From the NCBI GenBank assembly GCA_021295785.1, contig JAGWBR010000002.1, forward strand, positions 130,844-194,843: a stretch of 64,000 bases of DNA, given 5' to 3'. A model generated the notes under the pieces. It ran no database searches. It was not told the DNA's origin and saw nothing but the letters and a program-made list of their open reading frames with translations. Origin of the DNA: Gemmatimonadota bacterium. GTDB lineage: Bacteria > Gemmatimonadota > Gemmatimonadetes > Palauibacterales > Palauibacteraceae. Positions 1 through 8,317 of the stretch are shown here, one piece after another; positions within the stretch are counted from its first letter, which is position 1, and each line of letters begins with the position of its first letter. A program made the translations under genes and the position numbers.

Positions 1-1575
1 GCACGGATGCGCGAGGTCACGGCCACGGCCACTCCGTTCAGCCGCCGCCGGGTGGACCGGGCGGAGGCGGAGGCGTTGTTCGCCGACGATCCTCTGAAGC
101 TCGAACGGCTGGCCGAGATCCCCGAAGACGAGCCGATAACGGTTTACGAGAACGAACCGTTCCTGGATCTGTGCCGTGGGCCCCACGTTCCCGCGACCAA
201 CGAAATCAAGCATTTCAAGCTCTTGAACGCTGCGGGGGCATACTGGAGGGGCGACGAGAACCGGCAGATGCTGCAGCGCATCTACGGCACCGCGTTCTAC
301 ACCCGCAAGGCCCTGAAGGCCCGACTGCACCAGATCGAAGAGGCGAAGAAACGCGACCACCGCCGCATCGGCGAAGCCATGGATCTGTTCTCGGTCGAGG
401 AAGAGGTCGGTCCAGGTCTCGTGTGCTGGCACCCGGCCGGCGCACGGATTCAGATGGAGCTCCGCCGTTGGATCGAGGATCTGCTGGCGCGGCGGGACTA
501 CGAGTTTGTCTATACACCCCACATCGCGAACGAAGCTCTGTTCAGGCGTTCGGGGCACTTGCCCAACTACGCCGAAAACATGTTCCCGCCGATGGTGGAC
601 AGGGGGCCCGGCTCCGGTGCGGCGGCGATTCGCCTCAAGCCCATGAACTGCCCCGGGCACTGCATGGTCTTTGCGGCGCGGCCGCGCAGTTACCGGGATT
701 TGCCCATCCGCCTGTCCGAGATAGCCAATGTCTACCGGAACGAGCGTTCCGGGACGCTCCACGGCCTGCTTCGGGTGCGCATGCTGACCATGGACGACGG
801 GCACCTGTTCTGCACGCCCGGACAGGTGGAAGGCGAGATATTCACGTGTCTGGAGCTGGTGCGGACGGTAATGACCACGCTGGGTCTTTCCTACCGGTTT
901 GACTTGTCTACACGCCCGCATTCGGGCAAGCGAATCGGCGGCGACGAGGTCTGGGACGCGGCCGAGGCAGCTCTAGTCCAGGCGCTGGAACGGAGCGGAC
1001 TGGACTACGACCTGGACGAGGGCGGCGGGGCGTTTTACGGACCTAAGATCGACGTGAAGTTCCGGGACGCGATCGGTCGGGAGTGGCAAGGAGCCACCAT
1101 TCAGCTGGACTTCAACCTTCCGGAGAGGTTCGAGCTGGAGTACATCGGCACCGACAACCGGGCCCACCGCCCGGTCATGATTCACCGTGCCATCTTGGGC
1201 ACCATCGAGAGGTTTACCGGCGTGTTGACCGAGCATTTCGCGGGTGCTTTTCCGCTGTGGTTGGCGCCGGTCCAGGTGCGTGTGTTGCCCATTTCCGACG
1301 CGCAGCAAGACGCCGCCGACTCGGTTCGGGACGCGCTAAGGGAGGCCGGCATCCGGGCCGAGACCGACGCCCGGTCAGAGACCCTCGGTTACAGGATTCG
1401 GGACGGGGAGCTCAAGAAGACGCCCTACCTGCTGATCGTGGGGCAGCGCGAGGCAAACGAAGGGTCGGTCGCCGTCCGGGCCCGGGGGGCGGAAAAGAAG
1501 CAGATCGTCATGACCGCTGGGGAGTTCCTGGCACGCGTCACGGACGAACGCGATTCCAGAGCTCTCGCCCCCTGA
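1..1575 (+). CDS. thrS: threonyl-tRNA synthetase, C-terminal ~520 aa (5' end outside window)
   Basis: Frame-1 ORF open to the window edge, stop at 1573-1575. Class II core and anticodon-domain strings KPMNCPGHC, HRAILGTIERF, LAPVQVRVLPIS. Canonical thrS-infC-rpmI-rplT-pheST context. Confidence 0.95.
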   Translation, partial: ARMREVTATATPFSRRRVDRAEAEALFADDPLKLERLAEIPEDEPITVYENEPFLDLCRGPHVPATNEIKHFKLLNAAGAYWRGDENRQMLQRIYGTAFYTRKALKARLHQIEEAKKRDHRRIGEAMDLFSVEEEVGPGLVCWHPAGARIQMELRRWIEDLLARRDYEFVYTPHIANEALFRRSGHLPNYAENMFPPMVDRGPGSGAAAIRLKPMNCPGHCMVFAARPRSYRDLPIRLSEIANVYRNERSGTLHGLLRVRMLTMDDGHLFCTPGQVEGEIFTCLELVRTVMTTLGLSYRFDLSTRPHSGKRIGGDEVWDAAEAALVQALERSGLDYDLDEGGGAFYGPKIDVKFRDAIGREWQGATIQLDFNLPERFELEYIGTDNRAHRPVMIHRAILGTIERFTGVLTEHFAGAFPLWLAPVQVRVLPISDAQQDAADSVRDALREAGIRAETDARSETLGYRIRDGELKKTPYLLIVGQREANEGSVAVRARGAEKKQIVMTAGEFLARVTDERDSRALAP

Positions 1576-1695
1576 CCCCTGACCTGTCCGCCCTACTTAC
1601 AAAGGCGTTCCAGGTTTTGCCGTGCCTGGAGGAAGCATCTGGAGTCCCGAAGGGTTAGAATCAGGACTTGCCCGGCCAGTGGAAGGAGATCGATT

Positions 1696-2553
1696 GTGCC
1701 AGGAACGAACATGAAGATAGCAGCCGCGGTTCTGGCATCAATAGCGGTGGCCCGGTGTGGTGGTCCATTCGAGCTGGGCACTGTCCCACCCCCTGAGGAG
1801 GTCCCACCCCCTGAGGAGGTCCCAGCCCCTGATGGGATCCTGCGGATGTTCGAGGGGTGGCAGGCAGCATTTGCAGGATTTGAATTGGACCGACTGGAAA
1901 ACGGGAAAATGGGTAATGGGCAGACGCAGTGCCCGGACGGAGGTCACTTCGCGTGGTCCTATCTGTTCGACGATGCCACCTATACCTTTCAGGCCGTGGC
2001 GACACCGCAATGGTGTAGCTTCACTTACGAGGAGCAGTCGTACACCGTGATCGCCTCAAGTGGCTCCTCCGGGGTCACCTATACGTACAACCCCGTGGTG
2101 GTGGGGGGTTCTTCTCTTCCAAGACTTGAGCTCAGCGGCAGTTTGTACTGGTCGTCCCTCGGGACGGACTATTACAGGCAGTGCCGCATTTCGATTGTTT
2201 TCACCGGGAATACACCAGGGACCTTGTGCGGGTTCTCGGTGAACAGGTTCGACGTCGCCTTTCCAGAACACATTACCGGTGTAGGAAATCGTGTCGTTGG
2301 CCAGTTCCCCTCCGACTGGGGGCCACCGGACTCGTTGATGCCGGAGGTACCGTCGGAAGCCACCGCCGGTGTCCCGTTCGAGATCGAACTCTGGACTGAG
2401 GGAGGTGCACGGTGGAAGTATCGGTTGATGGCAGCACGGCAGTCGTCACGCCGTACGATGTGTTTAGTTTCACGGGTTTTTGTTTTGACGACCTCTGGCT
2501 GTTTACGCACCGTGCGGATATCGTGTTCGACAGCCCCGGGCAAGCTGAGGTAA
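1696..2553 (+). CDS. hypothetical lipoprotein, N-terminal reading frame; the protein-like signal leaves this frame near 2400
   Basis: GGAAGGAG 7 nt before GTG 1696. Signal peptide plus lipobox (MKIAAAVLASIAVARC). VPPPEE repeat. No family recognised. The last ~50 codons are R/S/C-rich and look non-coding. Confidence 0.6.
   Translation: MPGTNMKIAAAVLASIAVARCGGPFELGTVPPPEEVPPPEEVPAPDGILRMFEGWQAAFAGFELDRLENGKMGNGQTQCPDGGHFAWSYLFDDATYTFQAVATPQWCSFTYEEQSYTVIASSGSSGVTYTYNPVVVGGSSLPRLELSGSLYWSSLGTDYYRQCRISIVFTGNTPGTLCGFSVNRFDVAFPEHITGVGNRVVGQFPSDWGPPDSLMPEVPSEATAGVPFEIELWTEGGARWKYRLMAARQSSRRTMCLVSRVFVLTTSGCLRTVRISCSTAPGKLR
1783..1836 (+). repeat. 18-bp tandem repeat, 2 perfect units plus 1 degenerate unit (gtcccaccccctgaggag), encoding VPPPEE-VPPPEE-VPAPDG
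   Basis: Units read directly at 1783-1800, 1801-1818 and 1819-1836. Confidence 0.9.
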
Positions 2554-2657
2554 ACGTCCGCTACAGTGCGTCTGGGCATCGGATCCGCGATGCGGATGTG
2601 CTCAAGACTTACACCGTAGAAGTTTTGGCGGCCACAACCGGATCTCCAGATGGGTAG
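2412..2657 (+). CDS. probable C-terminal continuation of the 1696 lipoprotein gene in another frame (frameshift or pseudogene)
   Basis: The frame-3 ORF opens right after a stop at 2397-2399. Translation VEVSVDGSTAVVTPYDVFSFTGFCFDDLWLF...TYTVEVLAATTG is protein-like, whereas the overlapping frame-1 tail is not. Confidence 0.45.
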   Translation: MEVSVDGSTAVVTPYDVFSFTGFCFDDLWLFTHRADIVFDSPGQAEVNVRYSASGHRIRDADVLKTYTVEVLAATTGSPDG

Positions 2658-2850
2658 GGCCTGAGCCGCCGCGAAGGGCTTGACGACCAACCCGCGGGCC
2701 GGCAGTTTTCAATATTGTTGGAAAAGTAAGGGAAGCGGGGCGGCTCGCCCTCACCTTTCGGCGCACTTCGGTGCAGCCGCCGGGTATCGTTCTCGCGAGG
2801 ACGCGGTTGGAGGAGGCTCAGGCCTCCCCGCCCGCGACGTCGCGCAGTTG

Positions 2851-2888
2851 CCCGGTAGGCCTGCGTGCCGACCGGGCTTTTCTTTTTT
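2851..2888 (+). terminator. intrinsic terminator or attenuator hairpin with T-tract, immediately upstream of infC
   Basis: CCCGGT-a-GGC / GCC-g-ACCGGG stem (2851-2876) followed by CTTTTCTTTTTTC (2877-2889). It lies ~200 nt after the upstream stop and ~10 nt before the first infC ATG. Confidence 0.6.
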
Positions 2889-2897
2889 CAGAATCAA

Positions 2898-3452
2898 ATG
2901 ACCTCAATGGAAAGGGGTGCAGTGAACCAAGAACCCAGAGTGAATGACCGCATCAGAATCAGCCCGATTCGCCTGATCGACCAAGACGGGGAGCAACTCG
3001 GGATCCTACCGACAGACGAAGCCCGTGCCATGGCCATGAGCCGCGGCATGGACCTGGTGGAAGTCGCTCCGGGTGCGCGTCCGCCCGTCTGCAAGATCAT
3101 GGACTACGGTCGGCACAAATACGAGCAAGCGCGCAAGGCGAAGGAGGCCCGGAAGAAGCAACACACCATCAACGTCAAGGAAGTCAAACTCCGTCCCAAG
3201 ATCGAAACGCACGACATGGAGTTCAAACTCCGGCATGCGCGACGTTTCTTCCAGGGCGGTGACAAGGTGAAGTTCACCCTGATGTTCAGGGGTCGCGAAG
3301 CGGCACACCCCGATCGCGGCCGCAGGGTGCTTCAGGAGGTTAAGGAGAGGCTGCGGGACGTTGCAGTAGTTGAATCGGATATTTCGTTAGCAAGAGAAGG
3401 CCGCGCCAACAGCATGACATTGGTCATGGGCCCCCACAGGGAACAACATTAG
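2898..3452 (+). CDS. infC: translation initiation factor IF-3
   Basis: Strings RISPIRLIDQDGEQLGI, DLVEVAPGARPPVCKIMDYGRHKYE, VKEVKLRPKIETHD. Start ambiguous: ATG 2898, ATG 2907, or GTG 2922 (AAGGGG 4 nt upstream). The ORF-track start 2865 lies inside the terminator. Confidence 0.92.
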   Translation: MTSMERGAVNQEPRVNDRIRISPIRLIDQDGEQLGILPTDEARAMAMSRGMDLVEVAPGARPPVCKIMDYGRHKYEQARKAKEARKKQHTINVKEVKLRPKIETHDMEFKLRHARRFFQGGDKVKFTLMFRGREAAHPDRGRRVLQEVKERLRDVAVVESDISLAREGRANSMTLVMGPHREQH

Positions 3453-3506
3453 GGGATCCGCGAAGAGCAGCAATTCGTGGCCGCGAGAGAAAGAGCAGAT
3501 CCGCAA

Positions 3507-3701
3507 ATGCCGAAAATGAAGACCAACCGCTCAGCAGCGAAGCGGTTCAAAAAGACCGGGACGGGGAAATTCCGCCGCCAACGGGCGTACCACAGTCACA
3601 TCCTGACTAAGAAGAGCCCCAAGAGAAAGAGACGTTTGCGCCAGGGGACGCTGGTGGCCAAGGCCGACGAGAACAGGGTTAAGAGGCTGCTCGGAGGTTA
3701 G
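3507..3701 (+). CDS. rpmI: 50S ribosomal protein L35
   Basis: [42 protein letters not shown]. The ATG at 3507 follows a purine-rich GAGAGAAAGAG. Confidence 0.95.
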   Translation: MPKMKTNRSAAKRFKKTGTGKFRRQRAYHSHILTKKSPKRKRRLRQGTLVAKADENRVKRLLGG

Positions 3702-3769
3702 GCCACGGGAGCCGAGCCAACCGTCTGACCGGCCAATGACCTGGGAAGAACCTCTATAGAACTTTCGTT

Positions 3770-3809
3770 GGGCCGCCCCCGGCAGCAATTGTCGCGGCGG
3801 GGGCTGCCC
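3770..3809 (+). promoter_or_regulatory. GC-rich imperfect hairpin in the unusually long rpmI-rplT spacer (function unknown)
   Basis: GGGC-c-GCCCCCG (3770-3781) pairs with CGGGGGC-t-GCCC (3798-3809). 16-nt loop and no U-tail. Confidence 0.35.
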
Positions 3810-3849
3810 ACGGCACGAACTCAAACCACAGAATCCTGGAGGATGCTCT

Positions 3850-4206
3850 ATGCCGCGCGCGACCAACGCCGCTGCCCGCAACAGGCGCAAGAGGAAGGTC
3901 CTTAAGGAGGCCCGTGGCCAATTCGGCGCGAGGTCCAAACTATACCGCACGGCAAAGAACGCAGTCGAACGCGGTTGGGCCACTGCCTACACCGGCCGCA
4001 AGCTGCGCAAGCGTGATTTCCGCCGCCTCTGGATTGCCCGGATCAACGCCGCGGCCCGACAGAACGGAACCACCTACTCGCGCATGATCAATGGCCTGCA
4101 GGTTGCAGGCGTAGATCTGAACCGCAAGGTCCTGGCCGATTTGGCCGTCAGGGAGCCTGACGCGTTCAGGCGTCTCGCGGAGTTGTCGAAGACACACGCT
4201 CGGTGA
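3850..4206 (+). CDS. rplT: 50S ribosomal protein L20
   Basis: MPRATNAAARNRRKRKVLKEARG and RRLWIARINAAAR. GGAGGA precedes the ATG. Confidence 0.96.
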   Translation: MPRATNAAARNRRKRKVLKEARGQFGARSKLYRTAKNAVERGWATAYTGRKLRKRDFRRLWIARINAAARQNGTTYSRMINGLQVAGVDLNRKVLADLAVREPDAFRRLAELSKTHAR

Positions 4207-5234
4207 CATTGAGCTCCTCACCGCTTCTTGAGAGAATCAAGGAGCTCGAGAGGGAGGGGCTTGCTGCGATCAAAGAGGCGGTTGATTTGGATGCCCTGGA
4301 ACAGTCGAGAGTGCGGTTCCTGGGGCGCCGCGGCCCTTTGGCCAGCGTCATGGGCTCCATCAGCTCCGCGCCGCCTCCCGAGCGCCCGCTTGTGGGCAAG
4401 GCCGCCAACGCGGCCAAGAAGGCCCTGGCGGAAGCCATGGAGGCTCGCAAGGCCGAGCTAGCTCCCAAGCGCCGACGCCTGGCTTCGGTCGACGGCACGC
4501 TCCCCGGCAGGAAACTGTGGGCCGGCGGGATCCACCCAATTACGCAGGTCATGGACGAGATTTGCGGCATTTTCTCGGAGCTGGGCTTCACTCGGGCGCG
4601 CGGCCCCGAGGTCGAGTCAGTCCACTACAACTTCACCGCCCTCAACATCCCGCTGGACCACCCCGCCGCGGACATGATGGACACGTTCTATCTGGAAGAC
4701 GGTGTGGTGCTCAGGACCCACACGTCTCCGGTCCAGGCCCGGGTGATGGAGGCCCACAAGCCGCCGATCCGGGTCGTGGTGCCGGGGCTGGCCTACCGGA
4801 GAGATTCGTTTGATCCAGGGCACGCGCCCTGCTTCGAGCAGATCGAAGGACTCGCGGTGGACGAGGGCGTGGATTTCGTCGAATTCCGAGCCGCGATCCA
4901 CCACTTTGTGAATGCGTTTTTCGGACCGTCCGTGGAGTGCCGATTCCGCCCCTCCTTCTATCCGTTCACGGAACCATCGGCCGAGGTGGACGTGACCTGT
5001 ACGGTATGCGCGGGCAGCGGTTGTCCCACGTGCAAACGCACTGGTTGGGTCACCATCATGGGCAGCGGAATGGTAGATCCTGCAGTGTTCGAGCAAGTTG
5101 GCTACGACCCCGAACGTTGGACAGGGTACGCCTTCGGGATGGGACCGGCCCGCATCGCGATGGTCCGCCACGGTATCCCCGACATGCGGCTATTGTACGA
5201 GGCCGACGTCGAATTCCTGGGGCAGTTCGCGTGA
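4203..5234 (+). CDS. pheS: phenylalanyl-tRNA synthetase alpha subunit
   Basis: RTHTSPVQARVM, FEQIEGL, RPSFYPFTEPSAEVD, GMGPARIAM. GTGA overlap with the rplT stop. Confidence 0.96.
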   Translation: MTLSSSPLLERIKELEREGLAAIKEAVDLDALEQSRVRFLGRRGPLASVMGSISSAPPPERPLVGKAANAAKKALAEAMEARKAELAPKRRRLASVDGTLPGRKLWAGGIHPITQVMDEICGIFSELGFTRARGPEVESVHYNFTALNIPLDHPAADMMDTFYLEDGVVLRTHTSPVQARVMEAHKPPIRVVVPGLAYRRDSFDPGHAPCFEQIEGLAVDEGVDFVEFRAAIHHFVNAFFGPSVECRFRPSFYPFTEPSAEVDVTCTVCAGSGCPTCKRTGWVTIMGSGMVDPAVFEQVGYDPERWTGYAFGMGPARIAMVRHGIPDMRLLYEADVEFLGQFA

Positions 5235-7708
5235 ACATCTCGTACGGCTGGGTTCGCGAGCTGGCCGGAGCCGGCGGGGGCAGCGGCGCGCGGTCCGACC
5301 TGCCGGCGTGGCTCCTGAGAGCCGAAGAGGCGGCCGCCAGAATCACCAAGATTGCCGCGTCCGTCGAGAAATCGGAAACGGTGGGGGTCGGCCTGGAAGG
5401 TGTGGTGGTGGCTCGAGTGCTCGAGGTCGGACCGCATCCCCAAGCGGACCGTCTCAGCCTCTGCCAGGTCGATCGGGGCAACGGAGAGCCCGTGCAGGTG
5501 GTATGCGGGGCCCCGGTTATTGTGCAGGGGGGCGCATACGCCCACGTAGCCCCGGGGAACAGGCTGCCCTCCGGTTTTGAAATCGGTTCCCGCAAGATCC
5601 GCGGGGTGGTGAGCCACGGGATGCTCTGTTCCGAAGCAGAACTTGAACTGGGGCGCGACCGTGGCGGCATAATGCGATTGGGGGACGATGCCGAACCGGG
5701 AGTTCCCGTGGCCGATTACCTGGGACTGCCCGACACCCTGATGGTGCTGGACCTCAACCCCAACCGGATCGACCTGGCGTGCCACATGGGTGTGGCCCGT
5801 GAACTCGCCCCGGACGGCAAACACCTCAACCTGCGCCCTTCGGGAGGCCCCGAGTGGACTCCGCGCTGGTGCGACGGCGAGAGCGAGGCTGAGGGTGCTG
5901 GAGTCAGAGTTGAGGTAAAGGATCCGTCGCGGTGCGTCCGGTACCTGGCCGCCGTGGTGCGAGGCGTGGTGGTTGGGCCTTCGCCGGGCTGGCTGGCGGG
6001 GCGTCTCCTCGCGGCCGGGCTGACGCCCATCAACAACGTGGTCGACGCCACCAACTATGTCCTCATGGAACGCGGGCAGCCCCTGCACGCCTTCGATCTC
6101 GCGTGCCTGCGGGGGGGTGGGGTCGGTGTGCGGCCCGCACGAGAGGGCGAGGAGTTGACTACGCTGGACGGCCAGACCAGGCGACTGACCGGGCGCTCCT
6201 CGGTGATTCATGACGCCCGGGGGGCGGTGGCCCTGGCCGGGGTCATGGGGGGGCACGACAGCGAGGTAACAGCGGGCACGTCTGACATTCTGATCGAGTG
6301 CGCCCACTTCCCGCCGCTCGCCGTGCGCGAGACGGCCCGGGAGACCGGGCTCGCGACCGACGCCTCCTACCGGTTCGAACGGGGAATCGATGCCACGGCG
6401 CAGGGAGACGCACTGCGCCGGTGTGTCGAGCTGATACTTGCGACTGCCGGCGGGAAGGCCGATCCGGAGGCCCTCCGCGCGGGGGCTCCGCCGCCCGCCC
6501 CCTTCCAGATCCCCCTGCGGATCAAGCGGGTGAACCAAGTACTCGGGTTTGGGCTTGACGAACCCGCGGTCGCCGCCGCTCTGGACCCCATCGGCCTCAC
6601 CACGTCGACGGACGCGCCGGGAGTGCTGGATGTGAGTGTGCCCGGATGGCGCGGCGACATCGAGAGAGAAATCGACTTGGTCGAGGAGGTGGCGCGGCGG
6701 GTCGGTTTTGACAAGCCCGCCGAGAAAGTCAGTCGGTTTCGGCCCAGTGCGGTCCCCGACGATCCATCGTTCGCCCGCATGGACCGGGTGAGGCAGCTAT
6801 TTGTTGGACGAGGGTTGCTGGAGGCTCGAAGCCTGACCTTCGTCCCCGGCGATTTCCGCGGAAGTCGTGCAGATCTGGCGGTGCCCAACCCCCTCTCCGC
6901 CGAGGAAGGCTACTTGCGCCCGGCGATTGTGCCAGTTCTGCTGCGCCGCCTGGAGCACAACTACCGCAGGGGGCATCGCGCGGTTCGGCTGTTCGAGATC
7001 GGGACCGTGTTTGGTGTCGGCACCGGAGAGGGACGCGAGAAGTACACCGAGGAGATACGCGTCGGGTTTGCTCTAACCGGCGGCAGGTTCCCCAGGCACT
7101 GGCTCCGTACCCTGCGCGACTTTGACATCTGGGATCTCAAGGGGATTGCTGTCGAGGCCGCCGAACGCCTGTGTGGGGGATCCGTCCGGTCGCTGGCCGG
7201 CGACTGCGACGAAGACCGCCGCGGAGCGGACGAGTTTGGGGCATCCTGGCTGGAGTGGCCGGGATTCGGCATGTACCGTGACGACGAATTGGTGGGCATG
7301 GCGGGTCTGGTCAGGACGGAAGCGGTCAAAGAACCGGCCTGGGCAGGGCTGGTGATCGCCGGCGAATTCCGGCTGGATGCCGTGCGCCCATCATCGGCAC
7401 CACGGTATGAACCTTTGCCGTCGTTCCCCGCGACCCGGCGCGATATCTCTCTGGCGGTGCCACGGAACGTGGACGCCGCCGCGGTCGAGGCCACCATGAG
7501 TGCGGCCTCGCCCAGACTTCTATGCCAGGCCGAGCTGTTCGACCTTTATTCCGAGGTCTCTGAGGGCGACGCATTGCGGGGCTTGTCCTGGTCTTTGGAG
7601 TTTCGTGCACCGGACCGGACCCTGACCGATGCCGAGGTGGATGTGGAAATGGGGAAAATTGCTCATGCTCTGGAGGAGGGCCTAAATGTCGCAGTTCGCG
7701 GAAGTTGA
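5231..7708 (+). CDS. pheT: phenylalanyl-tRNA synthetase beta subunit
   Basis: Starts VNISYGWVRELAG at GTG 5231 (GTGA overlap with pheS). tRNA-binding domain HPQADRLSLCQVD and a C-terminal FDX-ACB-like domain. The ORF-track 5' extension (4937-5230) is out of frame over pheS. Confidence 0.94.
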   Translation: MNISYGWVRELAGAGGGSGARSDLPAWLLRAEEAAARITKIAASVEKSETVGVGLEGVVVARVLEVGPHPQADRLSLCQVDRGNGEPVQVVCGAPVIVQGGAYAHVAPGNRLPSGFEIGSRKIRGVVSHGMLCSEAELELGRDRGGIMRLGDDAEPGVPVADYLGLPDTLMVLDLNPNRIDLACHMGVARELAPDGKHLNLRPSGGPEWTPRWCDGESEAEGAGVRVEVKDPSRCVRYLAAVVRGVVVGPSPGWLAGRLLAAGLTPINNVVDATNYVLMERGQPLHAFDLACLRGGGVGVRPAREGEELTTLDGQTRRLTGRSSVIHDARGAVALAGVMGGHDSEVTAGTSDILIECAHFPPLAVRETARETGLATDASYRFERGIDATAQGDALRRCVELILATAGGKADPEALRAGAPPPAPFQIPLRIKRVNQVLGFGLDEPAVAAALDPIGLTTSTDAPGVLDVSVPGWRGDIEREIDLVEEVARRVGFDKPAEKVSRFRPSAVPDDPSFARMDRVRQLFVGRGLLEARSLTFVPGDFRGSRADLAVPNPLSAEEGYLRPAIVPVLLRRLEHNYRRGHRAVRLFEIGTVFGVGTGEGREKYTEEIRVGFALTGGRFPRHWLRTLRDFDIWDLKGIAVEAAERLCGGSVRSLAGDCDEDRRGADEFGASWLEWPGFGMYRDDELVGMAGLVRTEAVKEPAWAGLVIAGEFRLDAVRPSSAPRYEPLPSFPATRRDISLAVPRNVDAAAVEATMSAASPRLLCQAELFDLYSEVSEGDALRGLSWSLEFRAPDRTLTDAEVDVEMGKIAHALEEGLNVAVRGS

Positions 7709-7964
7709 GCGCCGGTTGGTCGACGCCCTGATGCAACTTGGATCCGCCGCCGGAAGGGTGGAAGAGGCTTTTGCTTCGTTGTCTTCGGACCGGCAGGCCG
7801 CCGTCGGGGCGTCCGAGAAGGGCATGGCCGAGGCAAGCGGAGCCTCCGAAGACGTGACAAGGCTGCGCCAGGAGAACGAACGCCTGCGCCAGGTGCTGGA
7901 GGATGCCCAGACCGCGGCCCGGCGAATCCGCAACCGGCTGGCCCTGGTCGAGGACGAACTGTGA
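7686..7964 (+). CDS. small coiled-coil protein, possibly a ZapB-like division factor (function inferred only from position upstream of zapA)
   Basis: 92 aa, heptad-like and E/R/L-rich C-terminus (RLRQENERLRQVLEDAQTAARRIRNRLALVEDEL). GTGA-coupled to zapA. Confidence 0.55.
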   Translation: MSQFAEVERRLVDALMQLGSAAGRVEEAFASLSSDRQAAVGASEKGMAEASGASEDVTRLRQENERLRQVLEDAQTAARRIRNRLALVEDEL

Positions 7965-8317
7965 CTGCCCTCCGCGACGAGGTGGTCACCGTCACGATTG
8001 CCGGGCGTCGCCACCGGATCAGGACCGAGCACGGAGAAGAACATGCCGAGGCCTGTGCCCGACACGTGGACGAGATCATGCAGGGTGCGCGCACTGTTAC
8101 CGATGCCGAGTGGGCGAGGGCGGCGGTGTTGGCCGCACTCCGCATCACCGACGACTTGTTCGGCTCCTGGGACCGGGCCGAGGGAATGTTGAAGGCCGCC
8201 ACCGAACGGGTTGCGGAGGTCAGCGCCCGCCTGGATGAGCTCGCGGCCCTTCACGCGCCGCAACCCGACAGCTCCGGGTCGGACGCTGGCACGGATCCCC
8301 CGGACAAAGATGGCTGA
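7961..8317 (+). CDS. zapA: cell division protein ZapA
   Basis: VTVTIAGRRHRIRTEHGEEH..ARHVDEIM pattern typical of ZapA, followed by a C-terminal coiled coil. Conserved pheT-zapA proximity. Confidence 0.8.
   Translation: MTALRDEVVTVTIAGRRHRIRTEHGEEHAEACARHVDEIMQGARTVTDAEWARAAVLAALRITDDLFGSWDRAEGMLKAATERVAEVSARLDELAALHAPQPDSSGSDAGTDPPDKDG

Noticed and set aside
2865-2897. LFFF codons upstream of infC (ctt ttc ttt ttt) that resemble a Phe-rich attenuator leader peptide of a phe operon.
   Set aside because: They are simply the T-tract of the terminator hairpin, in frame with infC by chance. No separate short ORF with its own start and stop exists, and pheS lies 1.3 kb further on, behind three other genes.
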